Of a stretch of 64,000 nucleotides of DNA, positions 24,497 to 33,528 are shown one piece after another. A program made the translations under genes and the position numbers. Every line of letters begins with the position of its first letter. Position 1 is the stretch's first letter. Origin of the DNA: a candidate division FCPU426 bacterium (GTDB taxonomy: Bacteria; Oederibacteriota; Muellerivitia; Muellerivitales; Muellerivitaceae). Location of the stretch: assembly GCA_963796105.1 (NCBI GenBank), contig CAWCKJ010000006.1, positions 96,001-160,000 on the forward strand, written 5' to 3'. The notes under the pieces were generated by a model. That model worked only from the letters and a program-made list of their open reading frames with translations. It had not been told where the DNA came from and made no database searches.

Positions 24497-26157
24497 TGGC
24501 AATAACAATCCGAGCTAATACTCAACAACGCAAAATTGCTCTATTTTATTTTATCGTCCTTGGAGTTCTGTTTCCCTCGATGACTTTTTCACAAACCCCG
24601 CAAACCGGGGGAATCGAATCGCCCTTTGAATTGGGGGGATCGGCCAGGGCTTTAGGTATGGGGGATACTTCGGCGGCCGTGATTGGGGATGGAAACAGCT
24701 TTTTCTCGAACCCGGCGGCTTTGGCGGCCTTAAAGAATTATGAAATTCTTACTCTTCACGCTCCCCTTTATCAAGATACTGCCTATGACGCGGTCGGATA
24801 TGTCCACCCCGTAAGTGGCCACGCCGGTTTGGGAGCCGCTTTCATCCAACTGGGCACGTCTGATATTCTTAAGACCCAGAACAATATTTTGCCTATTTCC
24901 ACCTTTTCTTCCCAGCAAATGGAGGGGGTAGTAGGCGGGGGATTTCGCTTGCCTGGCGGGTTGGATTTCGGGGCTTCCGTGAAGTATTTGCGCGAGCAAA
25001 TGGACACCTACCAGGGCAGCGGTGTGGGTGTTGATGTCGGACTTTTATACAGGTTTTCTGAAACTTCCTCCGACTTCCGGCGGATTGGGCTCCGAAATCT
25101 AGCCATCGGGTTATCCGCCTCTAATTTACTGGAGCCCCAAGTCAAATTATTCCAGGCGGCGGATCAGCCGGTCAGGGTCTTTAGGCCGGCCCTTTCTTAT
25201 TTTTTACAAACTTCCGGGAAAGATACCCTCTGGTTGACGTTCGAGGGCGAGCTTGTCCAGGGAGGCGAAAATCTCATTAAGGCTGGAATGGAGTACGGTT
25301 TCAACAACATGATTTTTGGACGAGCGGGTTTTGATGGAATCAGCCCCACTTTGGGAGCCGGTCTTAGTCTTTATGGGTTCGAATTCGATTATGCTTTCAA
25401 CCAAAGGGATTTGGGGGCTCTTCATAGATTTTCCCTGAGTTATCGTTTCGGGGCATATCGGGACCCTTTACAGGCCCAGAGATTGGATCTTTTGAAATGG
25501 GTGGCCCGCAGTTATTCTAAAAGCGACGATTTCAGCCCAGCCATCCGGGCCTGGAAGAACGTTTTAAATGAATACCCTGATGACGAGGAAGCTCCCGGGG
25601 CCGTCCGGAATCTTGAGAAACGTAGGAGCTCAATGGTTTCGGAACAATTGGATGTCGTCCGGAAGGAAATCAAGAATGGAAATTACGACAAGGCTTTGCC
25701 CCTTTTAGGCAAGGTCCTTTCCATTGATCCTGGAAATCCCGACGCGCAATCGCTCTTGAAGATGGTCGATAAGGGAATGATGCTTTCCACGAATTATGTT
25801 CGGGGAGTGGAAGCGTATAGCCGGGAGGATTACGCCACCGCCGTGGATAACCTTCAGGCCGTTTACCAGATCGATCCCGAATATCGGGATGTGAAATTCC
25901 TTTATCACGACGCGGAAAGCCACTATCAGCCTTTGGAGGCCATGCCTAAGGAAATTACCAACCTTTATGCCAAGGGAGTCGAAGCCTACCTGACAGGTAA
26001 ATATCAGGAGGCGGTCGTTGATTGGGAGAAAGTTCTCGCGCAAAGTCCTAAGAACTTTCTCATTATGCGAAATCTAGAGGAAGCCCAGAAAAGATTGAAC
26101 GAATCAAAAACACCCGAGAAAAATTCAAACAGTGGTCAAGAAGGCAGTCACCCATGA
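24496..26157 (+). CDS. PorV/PorQ-like outer-membrane beta-barrel with C-terminal TPR repeats
   Basis: GSARALGMG...FSNPAAL motif, alternating beta strands ending HRFSLSYRF, then TPRs; start overlaps the giant gene's stop (TAATG). Confidence 0.8.
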   Translation: MAITIRANTQQRKIALFYFIVLGVLFPSMTFSQTPQTGGIESPFELGGSARALGMGDTSAAVIGDGNSFFSNPAALAALKNYEILTLHAPLYQDTAYDAVGYVHPVSGHAGLGAAFIQLGTSDILKTQNNILPISTFSSQQMEGVVGGGFRLPGGLDFGASVKYLREQMDTYQGSGVGVDVGLLYRFSETSSDFRRIGLRNLAIGLSASNLLEPQVKLFQAADQPVRVFRPALSYFLQTSGKDTLWLTFEGELVQGGENLIKAGMEYGFNNMIFGRAGFDGISPTLGAGLSLYGFEFDYAFNQRDLGALHRFSLSYRFGAYRDPLQAQRLDLLKWVARSYSKSDDFSPAIRAWKNVLNEYPDDEEAPGAVRNLEKRRSSMVSEQLDVVRKEIKNGNYDKALPLLGKVLSIDPGNPDAQSLLKMVDKGMMLSTNYVRGVEAYSREDYATAVDNLQAVYQIDPEYRDVKFLYHDAESHYQPLEAMPKEITNLYAKGVEAYLTGKYQEAVVDWEKVLAQSPKNFLIMRNLEEAQKRLNESKTPEKNSNSGQEGSHP

Positions 26158-28556
26158 AAAAACCGGAGTTTTTCGCTGATTTATTTTCATCTTTTTCCTT
26201 CCAAACAAAAAGACACACCTTGAGGCTGGAAGTGCCGGCGGAAGAAATCGAGCTGTTGAAAATAAAAGATTTCATTCAAAGGGTTTGCGATGCGGCGGGT
26301 TGCACCCCCAAAGAGGCTAATTCCCTTACATTAGCCGTGGACGAGGCCTGTACCAACATCATCCGTCATGCCTACACCGGCAAAAAAGATGGAGAGATCG
26401 AGTTGGAAGCAGGAATCGGCCTTTACGACCTAAGGATAAAGGTCATTGACCATGGGGAAGCCTTTGACTTCAACTCGGTGAAAGATCCCGATCTGGACCA
26501 TTACGTGGATATCGGTAAAAAGGGAGGACTGGGCATCTGGCTCATCAAGAAAGTCGTGGATCGGGTCACCTACAGGGCTTACGGGGATCGCAATGAAATG
26601 GTCCTTTACCGGAAGCTTTCCAACGCTCCCCCCAAGGAATTGGGGCTAAGAAAAGGCTCTATTCCTATCACCGCCAAGTTCACTATCGGATCGGCGCTAT
26701 TGGTGACAATGCTTATTCTCTCCGTCTTTTTCTTTCTCAGTTACAAGCAGGCTTCTTTTATTGCCCGTCAGCAAACCGAGAAAGTGAACATGATCATTGA
26801 GACTATCGCTTCAGAGTCAGGTCCGGCAGTCATTGGAAAGAACGATCTGGAATTAGACCGAATGATCCACCGAGTTATTTCCCAGGACCAATTTAATATT
26901 CTAGACTATCTATTTATCATTGGGGAGGATGGCAAGTTTATCGCTCATTCCGACCTAAATCAGCTTTTCAAAATTTACCACCCCCCCGTGGGAGCCAAGA
27001 TAGTGAAAACCCCTGGCATCCGGACCTTTGAGGTTTCCACCCCGCGCGGATCAGTTACTGATTACACCTCACCCATTTTTTTCCGAGGCAAATGGGTGGG
27101 TGAGGCGCACACTGGGGTGAGTGTTCGGGCCATCGATCATTTGTCCAGCACCGTCAAATCAGATTTCCGAAGACTCATCTTTTTCATGTTCCTGATCAGC
27201 ATTATCGGCCTTTATTTTCTTTCCCTCATCGTCATTAGGCCGTTCCGAAAAATCCTGGCCGGCGTTCATGCTGTTTCAACCGGTAATTTCAACGCCCGAA
27301 TCAATTTAGAAAGCCAGGATGAGTTCGGGCAACTCGCCAATATCTTTAATGACATGACCAGCCGAATCCAGGATTCGCAGAAAGGGATGATGGAGCAGGA
27401 AAGGATTCAGAAAGAAATGCAGGTGGCCCAGGAAATCCAACATACTTTACTTCCCGCTGAGTTTCCTCAGATTGAGGGCTATGAAATCGGAGCCACTTAC
27501 CGCGCCGCCAAAGAGGTGGGCGGAGACTATTACGATTTCTTCTGGGTGGATCCGACTACATTGGGGATCGTCGTGGCGGATGTTTCTGGCAAAGGCGTGC
27601 CCGGATCCATGGTGATGACCATGATCCGTACGGCGATGAGATTGGAAGCCCGAAATAACAAATCCGCGTCGAACGTTCTCGCCAAAGTCAACAGCCACGT
27701 CACCTCGGATATGAAAAAAGGAATGTTCGTTACCATGTTTTATATCATCTTGGATTCCAGGAACAGGACCATTAATTTCGCCAGCGCGGGGCATAATCCC
27801 ATGATTCTTTATCGTGGCGCTACCAAGGAACTTTATTACCTCAAACCCAAGGGTTTTCCCGTGGGAATTGATCTCCCGGAAAAAGAGATGTTCGAAAACA
27901 ATATGGCGCCCCAGAAAGTCAGCTTGCAAAAAAACGATATCCTAGTGATTTACACAGACGGAATCACGGAAGCAATGAACCTCAAGAAGGAACAATTTGG
28001 GGAGGCCAGGCTGAATGAGGTCATCAAAGCCAACGCCCATCTAACACCGCAGGAATTCGTTGAAAAACTCAATGAAGCCATTGCGCAGTTTACCAAGGGG
28101 GCGGAACAACACGACGACATCACGGTTGTGGCTATCAAAGAGAAAATGAAAACGGATAATGCGGTTTTCAATTTCAGAAAAAAACTCCTGGATCTTGTGA
28201 AAAAGGATGGACTTACAGTGGCCGAAGCTTGCAGAAAAATGAATATTTCAACCCAAGCCTACTACCGCTATCTGAACATTATGAGGACAAAAGGAAACGC
28301 GGGCTTGAAACCTGTTTTTCCTAAAAATCGAATAAAGCTCCGGGAGTTATCCCAGCCACAAAAAGAAGCCGTAATGGAAATCCTTAAGAAAGATCCTCTG
28401 CTAAGCCCAAAGAGCATTTCTGAAACACTACGAAAAAGCAAGCAACCACCAATGAAGGTGGACCCTACCCTGATCTATGAGTATTTGAAGCGAAAAAATT
28501 TAAGCAACGTGAAACAAAGAAAGGCGTTCGCTTTGAGTGAGGTTGACAGCGTTTAA
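26154..28556 (+). CDS. membrane partner-switching protein: RsbW-like kinase + sensor/HAMP + SpoIIE (PP2C) phosphatase + C-terminal HTH
   Basis: AVDEACTNIIRHAY/DHG/GGLG; two TMs; DEFGQLA; EVGGDYYD, ADVSGKG, YTDGITEA, DDIT; TVAEACRKMNISTQAYYRY. Confidence 0.88.
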   Translation: MKKPEFFADLFSSFSFQTKRHTLRLEVPAEEIELLKIKDFIQRVCDAAGCTPKEANSLTLAVDEACTNIIRHAYTGKKDGEIELEAGIGLYDLRIKVIDHGEAFDFNSVKDPDLDHYVDIGKKGGLGIWLIKKVVDRVTYRAYGDRNEMVLYRKLSNAPPKELGLRKGSIPITAKFTIGSALLVTMLILSVFFFLSYKQASFIARQQTEKVNMIIETIASESGPAVIGKNDLELDRMIHRVISQDQFNILDYLFIIGEDGKFIAHSDLNQLFKIYHPPVGAKIVKTPGIRTFEVSTPRGSVTDYTSPIFFRGKWVGEAHTGVSVRAIDHLSSTVKSDFRRLIFFMFLISIIGLYFLSLIVIRPFRKILAGVHAVSTGNFNARINLESQDEFGQLANIFNDMTSRIQDSQKGMMEQERIQKEMQVAQEIQHTLLPAEFPQIEGYEIGATYRAAKEVGGDYYDFFWVDPTTLGIVVADVSGKGVPGSMVMTMIRTAMRLEARNNKSASNVLAKVNSHVTSDMKKGMFVTMFYIILDSRNRTINFASAGHNPMILYRGATKELYYLKPKGFPVGIDLPEKEMFENNMAPQKVSLQKNDILVIYTDGITEAMNLKKEQFGEARLNEVIKANAHLTPQEFVEKLNEAIAQFTKGAEQHDDITVVAIKEKMKTDNAVFNFRKKLLDLVKKDGLTVAEACRKMNISTQAYYRYLNIMRTKGNAGLKPVFPKNRIKLRELSQPQKEAVMEILKKDPLLSPKSISETLRKSKQPPMKVDPTLIYEYLKRKNLSNVKQRKAFALSEVDSV

Positions 28557-28571
28557 AAACCCGGGGATAAT
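28543..28571 (+). promoter_or_regulatory. internal sigma70-type promoter for the STAS gene
   Basis: TTGACA-17 nt-GATAAT. Confidence 0.55.
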
Positions 28572-28601
28572 AAGCCTTTGCTGAATCATTTCGGAGGAAG
28601 C

Positions 28602-28964
28602 ATGGAAAATATATCCGTTAGCGTATCTGAACACCCTAAGAATAAAAGCATTACCCTTTTATCGGTCAAGGGTTTCATCGATACTACTACCGCTCCAGAA
28701 TTTGAAAAAAAATTCTTATCGGTTCTAAATGATAATAAATACAAACTGGTAGTGGACTTGAAAGATGTAAATTACATTTCAAGCGCAGGTTGGGGTATTT
28801 TTGTCAGCGAGATCAAGCGGATCCGAACCCAGAAGGGTGATTTGGTTTTATCTGGCATGAACCCCGAGGTATCGGAGGTATTTGAGTTGCTCGAATTTAA
28901 CACCATTTTGAAGGCCTTCCCGAATGTCGAAACGGCTGTCAAACGTGGCTTCGGAGAAAATTGA
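28602..28964 (+). CDS. STAS-domain anti-sigma factor antagonist (RsbV/SpoIIAA-like)
   Basis: GFIDTTTAPEF, VDLKDVNYISSAG; GGAGG RBS before ATG 28602. Confidence 0.92.
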   Translation: MENISVSVSEHPKNKSITLLSVKGFIDTTTAPEFEKKFLSVLNDNKYKLVVDLKDVNYISSAGWGIFVSEIKRIRTQKGDLVLSGMNPEVSEVFELLEFNTILKAFPNVETAVKRGFGEN

Positions 28965-29214
28965 AGATCTCAATAGGATTTCTTGTTTTCTAGATAAAAA
29001 ATACATCTGGAATTAGTTGTTTTTTTAGTGAAAAGTGATGAATTATAGTGCCTGTTGACGTTAGTTATACTTTGCGAATATCAGTATTCCGGGAAATCCC
29101 AAGTTTTCCAAGGAACGAATTTAAGGTCTTATCAGTTTGTTGGGTGTTTCGGGGTTAATTGTTAATTCGAATAAATTTGAAGGTCATTTCCGGATTTGAA
29201 GATCCAGAAAACGG

Positions 29215-30357
29215 ATGAATATGGAAAAGTTGTCGTTAAATTCCCTCATCGAAATTGAGGGGAAGAATTTTACTGTAGAAACCACCCCTTTGACGGGTAA
29301 GAACCGTTTGACATCGATTATTCAGCTCGCGGGAAGGGCTATTTCCCAAAGAGAATTCGACCTGCCGGAAGGGCTTGATGAGGCGGGCTTAAAACAATTC
29401 CTGCAAGATACCCATCGAATCCGATCCGTCGAACTTGAGTCCATCTTCCGGTTGAACAAAAAAATTAACGAAAAACCCTCGGCGGATGCCTGCTGGAAAA
29501 TAGGCGTCATTTTTCTTTCCAACGGTTTTTATGATGATGCGCGCCAAAGATTCATGAAGGCCATGGAATTGGATCCTCAACATCTCCAGGCGGTCAAAAG
29601 TTACGGCATCACCCTGACGCTTTTAGAGGATTACGATGGTGCCCTGGCTATTTTAAATCGGGCCAAGGAAATGGGGCCCTCCTTCGCTGATATTTATTAC
29701 CACCTTGGTAATGTTCACCTTTACAAAAGAGAGATTGATGAGGCCGTCCAATGTTATTTGCAAGCGCTTCAAATTAACCCGCGTTATGCGGATGCCCGTT
29801 TACGCTTGGGAACATCCTGCGTGGGTTATCTCACGCAGTCTTCCGGGTCGCTCAACGAAGCGAAGACTCAGGAATTGGTGGAAAGGACCAAGACGGAAGT
29901 GGAAACGGCGGCCACCTTAAATCCCAAGGTGAGAAACCGAGCCTTTATGATCTCAATGGATTACCTGAAAAACAGGAAGTATTCACTCGCATTCCAGTCT
30001 TTCCTGGATGTCCGTCCGCGTTATGTCCCGAGGATAGGGGATGAGATTATCTTTTTTTTCACTTTGACTTTGCTTTACGGCAATGAAGGAATCGACTTGC
30101 AAATGACCGAGCAATATATCAACAAACTCGCAAAAGTGATTGAGGAGTATCCCCATTACGCTGACCTTCATCACCATCTCGGTGTCGCTTACTTGATTCT
30201 TTGCCGATTCGAGGTGAGCAAAGCCATGAAGGAATTTAAAAAGGCTTTGGAAATAAATCCCCAATTTCAAAGGGCACTTACGAACGCGGTTGACGCTGAG
30301 GATTTACACAAAAAAGTCTTAACCAGCTTGAAGAAAGCCATCATTACTCAGAATTAA
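29215..30357 (+). CDS. TPR-repeat protein
   Basis: multiple TPRs (ADIYYHLG, ALQINPRY, ALEINPQF). Confidence 0.85.
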   Translation: MNMEKLSLNSLIEIEGKNFTVETTPLTGKNRLTSIIQLAGRAISQREFDLPEGLDEAGLKQFLQDTHRIRSVELESIFRLNKKINEKPSADACWKIGVIFLSNGFYDDARQRFMKAMELDPQHLQAVKSYGITLTLLEDYDGALAILNRAKEMGPSFADIYYHLGNVHLYKREIDEAVQCYLQALQINPRYADARLRLGTSCVGYLTQSSGSLNEAKTQELVERTKTEVETAATLNPKVRNRAFMISMDYLKNRKYSLAFQSFLDVRPRYVPRIGDEIIFFFTLTLLYGNEGIDLQMTEQYINKLAKVIEEYPHYADLHHHLGVAYLILCRFEVSKAMKEFKKALEINPQFQRALTNAVDAEDLHKKVLTSLKKAIITQN

Positions 30358-30455
30358 TTGGTGAATCCGGAGGATTGAAAGAGGGACGTAGGATCGGAAA
30401 ACCTTTTAGAAAAGTCTGAATAAAAGGATTATCTTTTTAAACCTTTGAATGGTTA

Positions 30456-30848
30456 TTAGGACGTTAGATTAACTGGTGCGCTGCTTAAGGAGTAGTTTGT
30501 TTCCAGAAACTTAACATGTTCCTGGGTCATTTTTTCAAAATTGACCCCATAAACATACCGGCCCATGGATTTCATGGGATTTTTACGGACCCAGACAACT
30601 TTTCCTTCATAGTTCACATTATGGCTTCTGTCGAGTGAGCCTAACTCAAGGCGGAGGGATCGGCCGTTGTCCAAAACCTTGTTGGAGTAAATCTGGCAAC
30701 CCGTCGAACTGACATTAATCAATTGGGCCCGAAAAGGCTCAGAATCCTTTAAGGACTCAAGGGTAATGCCTTTGATGGATTTAACCATCATGACACGTCG
30801 ATTGGTTCTTTTATTGCGGGGGTTTTCAGGTTTATGGGTTTTTTTCAT
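30456..30848 (-). CDS. PilZ-domain protein
   Basis: RxxxR (KRTNRR), NVSSTG, GKVVW, YGVNF. Confidence 0.82.
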   Translation of the reverse strand: MKKTHKPENPRNKRTNRRVMMVKSIKGITLESLKDSEPFRAQLINVSSTGCQIYSNKVLDNGRSLRLELGSLDRSHNVNYEGKVVWVRKNPMKSMGRYVYGVNFEKMTQEHVKFLETNYSLSSAPVNLTS

Positions 30849-31174
30849 TTAGGTAAAACTTCCCTTCTCGGATTGACAGTCCATCAGACGAGCAAGGATT
30901 TCTGCATGGATCTTATTTCAGCCGAGTTCCTGTTGAATTGATTTGGAACTGTAACTCAATTAGGATAACATTTTCAATTGTTTTCTGGGAAAAAAACAAA
31001 CTCTGACAATTATTTTGGCTAATCGAATTTCATGCCTCTTTTTTGAGCAGTACTGATTGACTATCCGCAAGGATATTTACGGCCTTGAATTTAAAGGGGT
31101 TGGCTCGAGGGCAATCCATTGGGTTTACTTGCCGCAGTGGGAACTCGAAACTAATCCTAAACATTAGGGAAAAA

Positions 31175-32686
31175 ATGTCAAATGTTCGCGTAAGATTCGC
31201 ACCGAGCCCTACTGGGTATCTTCATGTGGGTGGAGCGCGTACCGCTTTGTTCAACTGGCTTTTTGCCCGCCACCATGGAGGAAAGTTTGTTCTCCGGATA
31301 GAGGATACTGACCGAGAAAGATCGAAGGCGGAATACGAAGAAAACATCATCAGAGACCTTCAATGGCTCGGGTTGGATTGGGATGAAGGCCCCTCCATCG
31401 GCGGTCCTTTTGGACCCTACAGCCAAACAGACAGGGCGCCGCAATACCGGGAACAATTGAAAAAACTACTCCAGGCCGGCGCCGCCTATCCATGTTTCTG
31501 TACTTCAAAGGAGTTGGAAGCGGAACGAAGTGAGGTTCAAGCGCTCGGTAAAAGCTACAGGTATTCCGGAAGGTGCAGGGATCTATCGCCGGCTGCATTA
31601 GAGAACCATCAAAAATCGCATCATCCCTACTCAGTTAGATTGAAAATACCTGAGGGCCATATTTCCTTCTTCGATTTGGTTCGTGGGGAGGTTTCGATTG
31701 AAAATGCGGAATTGGATGACTTCATCTTGGTCAGAAGCGATGGGGAGCCGACCTATAATTTTGTGGCAACCGTGGACGACGCCTTGATGAAAATTTCACA
31801 TGTTATCCGTGGCGAGGATCACTTGTCTAATACCCCGAAACAAATCCTGCTTTACAGGGCTTTAAGTTTGGAACCACCTTCTTTCGCCCATATTCCCCTT
31901 ATTTTAGGCCAAGATCGGTCACCTCTTTCCAAGAGGCATGGCGCGAGTTCCATCGGAGAATTCAAACGCCAGGGATACCTGCCAGAGGCGATGCTCAATT
32001 ATCTCGCTCTCCTGGGCTGGTCCTTGGACGGGAAATCGGAGATCTTTTCAAAGGATGATTTGATCCGTAAATTCAGTCTTGAGAGGGTGGTGAAAAGCGC
32101 GGCTTGTTTCGATTACGATAAATTGCAATGGCTTAACGGCCAATACATACGAGCCGCGGATGACGAGAGAATCTACCAGCTTTGTCTTGAAACCCTTTGG
32201 GACACTGACGCAATCAATGAGGATTTTATGCGATTTGGGGGGGGCGCGTTGAAACGCATGATAGGGACCGTGAAGAACAGCCTGAAAACCATATCGGAGG
32301 TTGGGGATCAAATTACTTATTTCCTCGGGGAGGTGCATATCTATGATTCCGAGGGGCTGACCAAATGGCGGAAAGCCGATACTCTTCAGGTTTTACAGCA
32401 GGCAATCTTCATTCTTGAGGAAACGATGGATTTTAACGCGATGACACTGGAGGAAAAACTCAGGAATGCAGCGGCTCAAACAGGCCGAAAATTTGGGGAT
32501 TTTGTACATCCCATGAGGTTAGCCATCACGGGGAGAACTGCCAGCCCAAACCTGTTTGAGCTTATTCAAATCCTTGGAAAGGGTCGTTGCATTGTCCGAT
32601 TGCTGAGGTTTGTCAGTATCCTCAAGTCTGATATCGCGAAGGAATTGTCGAATAGCGGATTGCCAAAAGGGGAGGTTTTGGGATAA
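31175..32686 (+). CDS. gltX: glutamate--tRNA ligase
   Basis: RFAPSPTGYLHVGG, RIEDTD, HVIRGEDH, LSKRHG. Confidence 0.97.
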   Translation: MSNVRVRFAPSPTGYLHVGGARTALFNWLFARHHGGKFVLRIEDTDRERSKAEYEENIIRDLQWLGLDWDEGPSIGGPFGPYSQTDRAPQYREQLKKLLQAGAAYPCFCTSKELEAERSEVQALGKSYRYSGRCRDLSPAALENHQKSHHPYSVRLKIPEGHISFFDLVRGEVSIENAELDDFILVRSDGEPTYNFVATVDDALMKISHVIRGEDHLSNTPKQILLYRALSLEPPSFAHIPLILGQDRSPLSKRHGASSIGEFKRQGYLPEAMLNYLALLGWSLDGKSEIFSKDDLIRKFSLERVVKSAACFDYDKLQWLNGQYIRAADDERIYQLCLETLWDTDAINEDFMRFGGGALKRMIGTVKNSLKTISEVGDQITYFLGEVHIYDSEGLTKWRKADTLQVLQQAIFILEETMDFNAMTLEEKLRNAAAQTGRKFGDFVHPMRLAITGRTASPNLFELIQILGKGRCIVRLLRFVSILKSDIAKELSNSGLPKGEVLG

Positions 32687-32761
32687 CTTGTGATTGCCAC
32701 GATTGATTGTGGATTGTCGCATTAAAGGGAAGAACCATCATTCGGAAAAAGGGGAGTTCAA

Positions 32762-33319
32762 ATGGATCACATCGATTTTGTTTTCAAGCGAGGCGAGAAA
32801 AAAGGGCGTTTAAGGTCCGTCAACCGCAAGGATTGGGGACAAATCGTGGGATGGTGGAATGACCCGGAAGTTCGAAGGTTGTTCGACGTGCATTTTGTAG
32901 ACCAAACTTTTTCAGATGCTGAGAAATGGTTCGCTAAATCGGGGTCCCCGGAGGATGAAAAACTTCCTCGATCCTTTGTGGTCGAGGTAGAAGATGGCGG
33001 GAAGTGGGTTCCGGTCGGCACATGCGAGTTCTATAACGAAAGGCCCTCCCATAAGACAGCTGATTTTGGGTTTCTCATCGGGGAAAAGAAATTTTGGGGC
33101 ATGGGAATAGGAACTGAGGCCGCCGCGCGGATGGTGCGTTACGGTTTGGAACAGCTGGGATATAAGAGAATCGGGGCTGTTTCCGCGGCCTACAACGTTC
33201 GTTCCCTGAACGCCTTGCAAAAGGCTGGATTCCAGATTGAAGGGATCCGAAAGAGTTATGTACTGCGCGACGGGGAATGGCACGACCAGACCATGATGTC
33301 GGTTGTTCGTCCCGAATAG
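32762..33319 (+). CDS. GNAT acetyltransferase (RimJ/RimL-like)
   Basis: WGMGIGTEA, N.RS...LQKAGF..EG. Confidence 0.88.
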   Translation: MDHIDFVFKRGEKKGRLRSVNRKDWGQIVGWWNDPEVRRLFDVHFVDQTFSDAEKWFAKSGSPEDEKLPRSFVVEVEDGGKWVPVGTCEFYNERPSHKTADFGFLIGEKKFWGMGIGTEAAARMVRYGLEQLGYKRIGAVSAAYNVRSLNALQKAGFQIEGIRKSYVLRDGEWHDQTMMSVVRPE

Positions 33320-33454
33320 CCGGGACGAGTCAAGCCACGCGGAAATTTCTTACTCTTATGTTGTAGCGCTATGAGCCGGTTGAAATTGGGTTTTTGCAGC
33401 TTAGGACTTGTGTTACAATCCTCCCTCTTCCGCAAGCCATTCTTTTTAATTTTT

Positions 33455-33528
33455 TGGGAGATCGTCTAATGGTAGGACAGCAGATTCTGGATCTGCTTAT
33501 CTAGGTTCGAATCCTAGTCTCCCAGCCA
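33455..33528 (+). tRNA. tRNA-Gln (anticodon CTG), encoded CCA
   Basis: acceptor stem TGGGAGA/TCTCCCA, anticodon arm GCAGA-TTCTGGA-TCTGC, T arm CTAGG-TTCGAAT-CCTAG, discriminator G then CCA. Confidence 0.96.
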
